A stretch of 37,268 nucleotides of DNA from Reclinomonas americana ATCC 50394 (taxonomy: Eukaryota). Of the stretch, positions 23,867-34,517 are shown one piece after another. Made by a program: the position numbers and the translations under genes. Position 1 is the first letter of the stretch. Each line of letters begins with the position of its first letter. Location: the NCBI GenBank assembly GCA_048213135.1, contig PS015038.1, positions 158,825-196,092 of the forward strand. The letters are read 5' to 3'. Below the pieces are notes generated by a model, which did no database searches, was not told the DNA's origin, and worked only from the letters and a program-made list of their open reading frames with translations.

Positions 23867-26800
23867 TTACTTGAAGAGCTGTCGGGCCGGTATTGTTGGT
23901 GGTCGGTCTCCGGGACTAGCACTGGCACTCCGCGCAGTGCCACCAGACGAGTGACCCCCACCGGCTCGCCGTCCGTGCCTCGGTGGTGACAGGCGAGACA
24001 CGAGGTGCTTTACATATCCACGCTCCATCTGGTGTCGAGCAACAACAATCAGTGAATGTGCTGGTTGAGAGACAAAGAGACCACGCACCGCTCGCATGCT
24101 CTCCTCCAGATTGCCGCCCACTTCCACGACTCGACGGATCGTGCTGATCTGCATGTCGAGACGCTCCTGTTCCACCTGTTTCCGACTGATGGTCTCCAGC
24201 AGTGGCCGTGCACTATCTGTTGCTCCTTGTGGTGTCCGCCTATCATAACAGCCAGCAGCAGTGAGCAGGAGATTAATGGCACACTCTCAAAAATAACGTT
24301 GATTATGAAACATACCCGACGATCATATCCAGCAAGTTGGGCGAGTCGTACAGTTTGGCTGCGTCGTCGTCAACGTGAGAAGCACGCACACTATCAACAA
24401 CAGCAAGCAAGCAAATGCTCACCTTCTTCTCTGGCCTCAATCTCCTCGTCGACGTCGATGGTCAGCTTTGGGCCTGAGTCACCGGCCTCCTGCACGTCAA
24501 TAGTGTCAGATCTCGATATGCCGCAGTCACGCATCTCTCTACAGCAAACCTCGAGGGCTGCCATGATCAGCTTGTGCTTCTCGCCGCGCACAAAGTCCAA
24601 CGAGAGGACCTGCCACTTGCCGAGGACTCCGGCATCGACAAGCAAGCGCACCTGCCAGCGACAGATTCAGATACATGTACAGTTGAAACCTCAAAGGCAC
24701 ATCACAGCTTCGCTGCTCACTTGTTCTGTGCGCGTGGAGCTGGTCATGATGCCGCGAATGTGACTGCCATCGTCTTTTGGTGTGATAACAATGCCGCGAT
24801 AGTCATCGGCCACATCCGGCACGCTGATGCGACTCTGTGACAGCGCCGTCGGCATGGGTGGCCGTCGCACACTTGGTGGCGCAGAGCCGGAACGCGACGA
24901 ACTGTGCAGAGTGCAGTGTGAGGCAACAATCGCGGAGAAGACCGAGGGTGGTCGGCGACGCACGTTCGTGTCGATGACGAGGCCGTTGAGTCGGCACCGC
25001 CCACTACGAGTGGCGCAGGACTGCCGCCGGCCGCTGCCACCATGCTGGGACGACCACGCCGACCAAATCGCGTGTTTGCACCCATACCAAAGGCAGTGGT
25101 CGACGAGCGTACCGGTGGTGGTGGGCCTGCGCGCACGACATCCCATGATCAGCGAGAGACGCGAGAATAAAGCAACATCACCAATGCACACAAACACGCA
25201 CCACGCGAGTCAACACTCCACCACGGATTGCTGTGAAACTCGTCCATCATGCCACGGATCTTGTCTTCACTCACGCCCTTGTTGCCGTCCAATGCTCCCG
25301 CTGATGCCTGTTGCAGCATGTCCTCCATGGCGCTGGATCGACACGTGCGATGAGCAACGGTAGAAGATGAAAGTGAGGGAGAGGAACACACACCTGATGA
25401 TATCACGAGTCTGACTCGACGATCGCCCTCGTCGGCTCGACTGCGGCGCCGAACCCTCGCGCGACGATGGTCGACCGCTCCACGTGCGACTCGCCGATGC
25501 TGTGCGATACATTGAGTGAGCACCTTGGTCGAAGACAAAACCACACATCGCCACCAATCAAGAAAACGCACAGGGTGCCGTCGGTTGCAGGAGAATCGAC
25601 GGGTCGTACTGGTACGGCTTCCACTCCTCGGCACTCGGACCACCGGCTCCATGCAGCGGCATGCCGGCGGCACTGGATGCGCTGCTGGATGGTACGGTGG
25701 CGCCCGCAGTCTCACTGGTGGTGCAAAGATGAGCACACTGCATATAATAGCCCAACATTGTGTTTGCGGAAAGACGCAACGCCGTCGTAGCGGCAGTGGT
25801 GACTGACACTGGTGGAATGTAAAAGAGGGAGCCCAGGCACGCCTCCGTTGCATTCGGCTCGTTGGAGGCTAAAAACAGCTCAAAGTTCCAGAAGCGCACA
25901 TCGCCTTCGGTGACACTCAACAGCGTCTTTCGCGGATCGTTGAATAATGACAGTCTGCGAGCGGCAAGCCGTCAGTCCAATGAAAAAATGGGAGGAGAAC
26001 ACGGCAACAGAGTCCGTCGCACCGTTTCAACATTTGCTCGTCCAGACAGCGCGGCTCCGATACGCGAAGATCGGCCGGATCCATGGAGATAATGTAGTCG
26101 GGCAGAGTCGATCCTTCGACCATTTTCTGTGACCAGTGTAAGCAACCATGGGGGAGTGCGCAATGGAAATACGTGCTGTGGGATCGCACCGTGTTGCCCT
26201 TGTGACGGAAACGAATGTACTTGCGGTCGGGTCGCTCAATGGGTACGATTGCGCCTCGGCGGAAGGCCTGCTTGAGGAAAATCAGACGGATTTTGCCCTC
26301 GTCGTCACCTGCGTGGCCACGAGCGTCAATGCAAGTTTCGCGGAGAGTGACAGTGAAAAGTGCAACGCACCTGTCACGAGCACTTGTGTCTGTCTGTCGA
26401 ACTCGAGCGAGGTGATGGCCGACGGCGGCACAGCCTCGGGATCGTCAGTGTATGAAATGCCGCGTTGCATGTGCTGCTCGTCGGGGAACGACGGATTGCG
26501 GAAGCTGCGGACAATGATAGTGAGTCGGGTGTCACAAAAGACATGTAGAGTCACACGCAACGTCATGAGACGGGTGAACTTGTTCTGTGCCGGATTCGTC
26601 GAGTAAAAGGTCAGCATGCCCGACGAGTCGCCCACGGCCAAGACTGGGAAGTGACTGAGCAGACGGATGCACAGGATATCCTATCAAAGACGATCATGAG
26701 CAGCGTGCATGTGAAAGCAGTGTCATCGTCACCAAGTTGCTCACCGCTTCGCCCTCGTGGTGCACCGTGCCGAGGACGCTGCCATTGCGAATGTCGAATG

Positions 26801-29800
26801 CAAATGCCTCGTGGCTGCCGGCAGCCGCACCAACGCTGAGCTCTTGTGACAGCGACAGCATGAGCAGCTCCACTTGCGACTGGTTCTCCTTGCGACGGCG
26901 ACGTGCCAGTTGCTCGGAGGGTTTGTTCGTCTCGCGTTCGCCGAGAATCTTGCCCTGCATCAGCAGCGACATGATGTCGACTCGTTGCACTGCGGGCGCG
27001 GGGAAAAGTCAGAAAGGAGAACACCGGTGCGTGACACCCGGCGACGAAACTGCGAGAGCGATCGCCGTGGACCGTGCCGCGTCGCAACGCCGCCAGATCC
27101 TCTGCTGTGTCGCTCATGTCGATTGACATTTTGCTGGCCTGTGGGTTGCCAAAGTCAGTCGACGCACCGAGACGCACACTCACTGGAAAGCAAAGTGCCA
27201 CTGACCGACGTGTGCACGCGTGTCTGAGCGCTGCCCACGAGCAGGCGTTCCGGACCGGCGATGCGATGCATCAACTCCATTCCGTCTTCACCGGCGCTGT
27301 ACAAGTGCTGCATGTGTGTGTCGAGTGAGGTGATCAGTCCACTCTTTCTTTCGCCAACACCGTCACTTCCGCAATCACGCAACAACTGTGCCATCCCACG
27401 AGCTGGAGACGAGGCAGTTTTCCGTCAATGCAAACGCAATGGAGGAGACCTCGGCGTAGTGCGGCGCCAGTTCTTGAATGACGGCACCCGTCGAGTTGTT
27501 GTGTTCCTGTGGCACAGCGTCAGCATCATGATTCACGCCGGGTGAGCGACAAAAAGAGCTGCAGTACCGTGAGATCGCCATTCGAGTTGCCGACGTAGAA
27601 CTTGCGACCGGTCAAGTCGAGCGAAAAGGCGGTGATCTCGTGGCGACTCACGTCCTTGAAGGTGTCTTGAATGCGCCCGGTGACGGCGTCCCACACGAGA
27701 ATGGTGGTGTCGGAGCACGTGTAGATCAGGTAGTTGACTGGATTGTAGGCGGCAATGGAGACCGACGATCGCAGCTCCTCGTCTTGTCGAGCGGCGGCGG
27801 TCGCTGCATCGGTGCCACTGACCGCATTGATGTCGACCTTGACCTTGTCCTCTTCGGACTTTTTGGCCACTTTCTTGCTGCAAGCCAGACTCATCAGCCA
27901 GGCAAAGAGGCAAAGAGAGAGAAAGAAAGAAAGAGAAGAATGAAAGAAAGAAAAAAGAAAGAAAGAAAGAAGAAAGATGAAAGAGAAGAATGAAAGAAAG
28001 AAAGAGAAAGAAAGAATGGAAGAAAGAAAGAGAAATGGCGTGGCATGCGCGCAACTCAAAGTAGAACAGCTGGCGGCCTCCACCCGCAATACGACGTAGG
28101 GGTGGAATGTACTTGAACGTGCGCAATCCACCGTCGGCGCCGTCCGTGAAACTGCGCTCCATAAAGGTCTGCACGCAGCGGAAGTTGCGACTGGAGACAC
28201 TCAACAGTCAGCACGGGTAGACGGTTGGGGAGAGGCTGCTGCACTACGCAACGTGTCCCACAGCTTGAAGGTTCCCGACTGCACACAAAACACCAGCAAC
28301 AGTGAGGGAGTGGATCGCGGTCAGCACTCAATTTCACACAAACCACATCGGCGGTGATGACTTCTGGCGTGTCCGGGATGGAGCAGACGCTGACCAGCGG
28401 CGCCAAGTGACCCTCCAAGCGGTACAGTCGCTTGCAAATCAGCGGATCCCACTGGCATGACACATAAGTGAGCAAAACGAAGGGAGGGAGTCACATGGCG
28501 ACATTCGGAGCGCTAACAAACCACATAGGCGTGATGTTCGTAGCCGGAGCTGAACAGCATGTTGTAGAGATTGTCGTAGCTGAGCGACGCCACGCCCTTG
28601 GTGTGATCGCGCAGCACGCCTTTGGTGGTCAGCGTGCGAATGTCCCACAGACGAATGGCTGCGCGGCGCGCGCGCGCGTGAGTGCGATGAAAGAGAAGCG
28701 AACACTGCAAAGACAAACACGCACTGCGATCGAGGGAAGCCGAAATGACCATGTCGCGTTCGCCGACAGTGAGCATGTCTTGTACGGTGTTGGAGTGAGC
28801 GGAGATCTTTTCCGTCGCCCGAATGTCGTACGTGGAGATCTGCAAGTGGAGGGTGAGCTGCTTGAACCAAGGCGAGGCTCTGTGTTTCGATCTCACCGTC
28901 TTTTTCACGCGCCACACAGACAGGTCGCCGGTGATGCTGCCAGAGAAGAGACGCTCTTCATCTCGCGACCATTTCACGGCCTGTGATAAGAGGAGGGAGT
29001 GAGACTCTACAAAGGAGAAAGGAGGGCTGACCCCTGATCAACAAACCGTCTGCGGCAGACCCACAGTGGTGGTGGAGACGCTGCGAAAGAGCGAGCCGTC
29101 CCACAGCACGAAGCGGCCCTCCGAGTGCGACGACACGACGAGGTTCTCGTGCACAATGTGATCGGCGGCCACGACGGCGCCGCGTGCGTTTGGTCCTCGC
29201 AGGTCGCAAATCATTTCGGAGGTCTGGTGGAGGGGATTTAGGAGAAGGGAATAAAGGAGAAGGGAATTAAGGGGAAGGGAATTGAGGAGAAGGGAATGAG
29301 GGAGAAGGGGGAAGGGCGAAGGGGGAAGAGCGAAGAGGAAGAGCAAAGGGGGAAGACGAAGGGGGAAGGCGAGGGGGGAAGACGAGGGGGGAAGACGAGG
29401 GGGGAAGACGAGGGGGGAAGACGAGGGGGAAGACGAGGGGGAAGAGCGAAGGGGGAAGACGAAGGGGAAGACGAANNNNNNNNNNNNNNNNNNNNGGGGG
29501 AAGACGAAGGGGGAAGACGAAGGGGGAAGACCGAAGGGGGAAGAGTGAATGGGAAAGACCAAGGAGTGGAGTGTGAAAGCTGACCTGCGCATTGTACAAC
29601 TTGAAATGCTTCTCCTGATCGGCCACAAACAAAAACGTCTCCAGGCCCGGGAAGAACCACACACGATCGACGCCACCCGGATTGTGCCGCGTCTCATCGG
29701 TGACATTCGGCGCCGGCTCAAACTCCTCGATATCAGCAAACTCCTCACTGGAGAACAGCAAGCCGCCCTCAATCAAATACGTGTTGAACTCCTCCCACGA

Positions 29801-30132
29801 GAGACCGCCGTCCGAGTTGGCGTCGATGCGATGAAACAGGTCGATGAGACTGTCGACGCGAAACAGTAAGAAACATGCATTGTTGTCAGAGAAGAGACTG
29901 CTGCTGGACGCACCCATCGTGCACATCCTCGCCACTGGCCTCGAATCGCCCGTGCAATCGCTCACCCAGCAGGTTGGCAAACTGGCCAAGTGACAGCTCA
30001 CCGCCAGCCTGAGAATGAAGGAGAAGGTGGGTGACAAAGGGGAAGAGAGGAGGACAAGAAGAGACATACTGAAGGCTGAGCGACTGAGAGACTGAGAAAC
30101 TGTGACAGAGAGGGGGACTGGGAGACTGAGCG

Positions 30133-30199
<67 letters not shown>

Positions 30200-30657
30200 N
30201 NNNNNNNNNNNNNNNNNNNAGAGAGAGAGAGAGAGAGAGAGAGAGACTGAGACAGAGACTGAGACAGAGACTCAGTGACTCAGAGAGAGGGGGAGGGAGG
30301 GAGAGACTGAGCGACTGGGAGAGAGAGAGACTGAGAGAGACTGAGAGAGACTGAGAGAGACTGAGGGCGAGACTGAGCAACTGAGCGATTGTGCACTGAG
30401 AGACTGAGACCGTGCGACTCAGAGACTGAAACACACTCAGAGAAGCACACAGACACACACTCACAAACCTGTTCCCACTTGCGACGAAACACCAAGAAAT
30501 CGGTGTCATTCAGCGACTTTACAATGCGCGTCGGCAGCGCCTCAACTCCGCGTTTCGCCCGCTCAATCTCCGCACGCGATGGAGACGCGCCCGAAGGCGA
30601 CGACGCGCCAAGCATTTTAAAACGGGCAGTTGCGCGGGTGTCACCCGCCTCCATCAT
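23867..30657 (-). CDS. EF-hand + WD40 repeat protein (WDR49/WDR64/EFCAB8-like, probably ciliary)
   Basis: EF-hand LFHRIDANSDGGLSWEEFNTYL, then many WD repeats (SASLDR..IRLWD, LRDHTKGV, LEGHLAPLV..FKLWDTRNFRCVQTF, ILVWDAVTG) and a low-complexity C-terminus. About 21 introns. Confidence 0.8.
29232..29560. repeat. Intronic purine minisatellites (about 15-mer GAAGGGAATTAAGGG-like and 12-mer GGGGAAGACGAG-like units)
   Basis: Seen directly; interrupted by a 20-N gap. Confidence 0.85.
30060..30440. repeat. (GA)n microsatellite flanked by GAGACTGA-type variant repeats, intronic
   Basis: Pure (GA)n at about 30135-30246 across a gap. Confidence 0.9.
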
Positions 30658-30904
30658 GTCAATCAACGAGTGTCACCGACGCACATCATGATCGCTTTGC
30701 GCAAGAGGCGGGCGGAGGAGAGCAGCACTCTGAGTGTCATGAGAGAGGTGCATTCGACCAGCGAGGAAAGACGAGGCATTCTCCGGGGCAGCGGGTGTCA
30801 CCTGCCTCCATCATGTGTGTCAACGAGTGTCATGGCCGCCCATCATCCGCACTGGTTATTGGCTTTTCAAGTACGCGCGCGACAACTGTGTGAGAGAGAG
30901 CAGG

Positions 30905-32893
30905 ATGCATCGTCGACTGCGGCCACCAGTTGCGTCCGACACGAGCACACATGGCCAATGTGTGTGTGACTCACTACCCTTGACAAACAGCCTGTGAGGA
31001 CGACTGGCTCACTGCAATCGCTCTCCTCGCCGGCCTCGTCGTTGGAGTCAAGCTCGTCTTCGACTGCGTATTCGTTTGGGCAACTGGTGGCGGCCATGGA
31101 CGATCATATGGTGCGCTCGACGTCGTATGATCATGAGGCGGTCGATGGGCCGCAGCTGGAGCAGCGGAGGTACACGGCCGAGGTCGATGCGCTGGCCAGT
31201 GTGCTGTTGCAGCGTGAGAGGTGGAGCCAGGAGGTGCGTGATGGAAAGAAGAGAGAGCGAGAGGCAGAGGGAATATCGCATTCACGTCGTTGTGCGAACA
31301 GAGGCACGAGCGGGAGAGCATTCGTGTGCGCGATGAGGCGACGGTGTTGCGGGAGCAGCTGGAGGAGGCGAAGCAGGTCGGTGGTGGCGTGTGATTGGTC
31401 ACTGTGTGTTCGCTTTCCGCCTCAATCGCGATCGGTTGTTTGGGCAGGCGCTGCTGGTGGCGCAGGCGGAGAACCGAGCGCAGCAGGCGACTGTGTCTGG
31501 TTTGCGAGCGGTGCTTGAGCAGTCGGCGACGCAGACGTGGCAGTCGGTGGATCATGTGGCGGTGGTCATGCTGCGGGCGGCGGTGGATAGCGATGCCGAT
31601 TCGGACGCGGTGGTCGCCTTGAGCGAACCGTACGTCGGTGTCGTGCAGATTCTTCCTCTCCTTCCCTTGCTGACAAAGCGTGCGTGCGTTCATAGACTGG
31701 TGAGGCAGCTCTTTCCGATCCTGCAGCGAGCGCAGCGGGATCCGTCGGCGTCGCCCTCCGCGACCACGGTGTATTCGATTGAGCGTGCTGTCGAGTCACT
31801 GGCGTCGGTGAGAGGGCACTCGCATAGGAGAAAGTAGCATGTCGTGTTTTCTGAACGCGTCCACCAGGTGGAGCTGGAGCTGGCCGCACTCGTGCATCGC
31901 TCGCTTCCGTCCGGCTCACCATCACGGTCGCCCTCGGCTGCGCGCACCCTCGGATCGCCGTACTTGCCACTGGTCAAGACCGGAGAGCCGCTTGCGGCGC
32001 GACTGCACGCGCACGTGGATCAACTGCGCGATCTGGTGCGCCAATGCCACGCAACCATGCCGCGGCACAGCGTGAGCGCCAACAGCAGTCCAGCCAGCGG
32101 CAGCGGCAGTGTGTACAGTTCTCCGTCTGCCGGCTCACCACCGCGATCGCCGCTGATGACCTCGTCGGTGACGCGGTCGCCACCAGTAAGCCGCGGTCTC
32201 GCCGTGCTGCGCGACGAGACAAGGGAAAACTTTCTGCGTGGTGATCGGAAAATTACCGAGGTGCGGATCGTGCAAGTCTCCTTCTCCTTTTGTTTTCTTC
32301 GCTGACGGTGGTTGATGGGCAGATGGAGACGGCACTGGCCGACGCCACTTCGGTGCTCTTGTTGCGTCAGCGGACGCTGCGCGAGGCAACGGCCTGTGTG
32401 GGCGGAGCTGCCGACGATATCAGTGCGCGACAGCAAGTGGAGGCACTGCGACGTGAGGATCGCGTGGCGGGAGCGCAGGTTCGCTTTGTGTGCTTCCCGT
32501 GTGAGTGTCATCTGCATCTCATCTCCTCTCCGTGTGCGTGTCGGCAGATTGTTGCCGAGTTGAACCGCCTCCACCAGCTGACGGTGGAATCGTGGGAGGC
32601 CTCGAGAGAGTGCACGCGGTTCTTTGATCGGTTAGCACGCGCGCAGCCGGAGACCGCGGAGCTCATGGCGCTGCGGGTGCGTGTGTGTGCATCAAACACA
32701 TTGTGTCTTCGCCCCCTCAACTCTCTTCTCTTTCGCGCAGGAGGAGGAGCGACAGCGCGCCGACGAAAGACGGCAGCGCATCGAGCGAAGCCACGAACAG
32801 CTCGAGGCACTGCAGCGCTCACAGTCTGACTTGGACGCCGCATGGGCCGACCTGTCGCTCCGCTGGCGACAATTGCGCGCCACCGTCCTCTGA
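30905..32893 (+). CDS. Hypothetical coiled-coil protein
   Basis: MHRRLRPP + PVRTTGS via intron 30929-30990. 8 introns join E/Q/R/L-rich helical exons through to TGA at 32893. Confidence 0.75.
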
Positions 32894-33011
32894 GTGAAAC
32901 ATAAACCAAGAGTTTTTCCAGCATACCATATGCATGGGTGTTATTCTGCGCGTTCCACAGTTCTCTCTCTCGCACAGATAGAGAGGGGCGCAGGCTTGCG
33001 CGCGCTCACAC

Positions 33012-34449
33012 TTACAGGTCCTTGAGCAGGTTCTCTGCGCTCGTGGTCTCGAACGATCCCGGAGGCTCGACGTGGATGGACTGCGGAGAAGGGTGAGTGA
33101 GAATGAAGAGGGAGGAGAAGTAAAGCGAGGAGGAGCACGTGTACCTCGATGCGACCATTGTCGACAATCATCGAGTAGCGCAGCGAGCGAGTGCCGAGGC
33201 CAGCCACCGACAGATCGACAGCCAAGCCGAGAGCGTTGGTGAAGGCGCCCGATGGATCGGCCAGCATGGAGACCTTGCCGACGCACAACATGGACTCACC
33301 CCACGCCTTCATGGTGAAGGGGTCGTTCACCGAGCTGCGGGAAGGGGAAAGGTGAGCGAAGAGAGGAGAAGAGAGGTGAGGAGGGGAAGGGGGAGAAGAA
33401 AAAGAAGGAGAAGAGGGAGGAGGAAGAGGAAGAAGAAGAAGGGGAGGAGGAAGAAGAGGAAGAATGGCAAGGAGAGAGAGAGAGAGAGAGAGAGAAGAGA
33501 AGAAGAATGGCAAGGAGGGGGATGAGAAGACGAAGGAGAAGGAAAAGGAAAGGAAAGGAGAATGAATAGAAGAAACAGAAGAACAAGAAGAAGAGGAAGA
33601 AGACGAAGAACAAGAAGAGAAGAAGGAGAGGGGGAGAAGAAACAAGAAGAGAAGAAGGAAAAGAGGAAGAAGAACAGGAAGAACAAGAAGAGAAGACAGA
33701 GAAGAGGGGCGAGGTGAAAGAACAGAGTGATTGTCAGAAAACACGGAAAGCAGAACCAGGTGTGAATGGAGGGGAATGAATGAATGCAGACAACAGAGCG
33801 CGGGAGAGAGAAGTGAGAAAAGAAGAGGAGAGAGGCAGCGCGGAACAACACCACGAACGAGCACTGCATCAGTTGTCTTGCATTGAAAGAATCGCGATGC
33901 AGAAAAGGAAGAGGAAGAGAAGAGAACCACTGGAGGCAACGCTGATGCTGCTGATGCAGAGGAGCAAGCAACACGCCCGACAAAAAAGAGAGAGAGAGAA
34001 AGTGAACGCAACATGCAGTACACTTCCTGCACGCCCTTCTTCTTCTTGAGCTCCTCTGCATGGTCGCGGAACGAGGGCACCTGTTGACACACACCAGTAA
34101 GCGAGAGAACACACACTCTCTTTGCCTCACACACACGCGCACGCAACATGCTTCAATGAGCACACAGGCGTGAACGCGCCAGGCACACCGACCTGATGCA
34201 ACACACACACTGTGAGCAAGCACTGATGCAGTGTACGCCTGTGTGTGAGTGTGTGAGAGCACACATGCAGACCAGTGCGACTTTGCGATTGCGGAAGAGC
34301 TCCTCAGTGGAGACAGCGGGTGGCTTGGAGCCGGGTGCCAGGAAGAGCTGCACACCCGGAACAATCACGTTGCTGCCCTTGGTCACTTGCTTGGCAGCAG
34401 CGGCGGAGAAGGAGCGGCGAGTGAAGGGGAGAAGAGCGCGGGCAAACAT
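33012..34449 (-). CDS. PRDX5: Peroxiredoxin, PRX5/type II family, with probable mitochondrial presequence
   Basis: MFARALLPFTRRSFS presequence, VGVPGAFTPVCSLKHVP, VYCISVNDPFTMKAW, MLADPSGAFT, RSLRYSMIVDNG. 4 introns. Confidence 0.92.
33340..33990. repeat. Long GAA/GAG purine tract in peroxiredoxin intron 3
   Basis: Nearly pure purine on the + strand over 33340-33720, purine-biased beyond. Confidence 0.85.
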
Positions 34450-34517
34450 GGGGTTGATTGACAGTGGAGAAAGTCCTGCACTTTGCGAGACAACACTACC
34501 CGCTTTTACACAAGGGC

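Noticed and set aside
6345-32740. Excess of in-frame, stop-free introns (for example in NAA25, the RRM gene and the WD gene)
   Set aside because: About ten cases among about 90 short GC-rich introns looks compatible with chance. A genome-wide count would be needed to claim more.
33012-33080. Missing C-terminal resolving cysteine in the peroxiredoxin
   Set aside because: Common among non-mammalian PRX5/type II peroxiredoxins, so not unusual.
1808-34147. GTTGCG introns as a family of introner transposons
   Set aside because: Similarity stops after 6-7 nt. Internal sequences, lengths and 3' ends differ, with no consistent terminal inverted repeats or target-site duplications.
32941-34364. Long Ser/Leu/Phe-rich or Arg/Glu-rich ORFs over purine tracts (also near 2265-2918, 11051-11662, 21066-21867, 29038-30509)
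   Set aside because: These are translations of low-complexity intronic repeats, which lack stop codons because of their composition.
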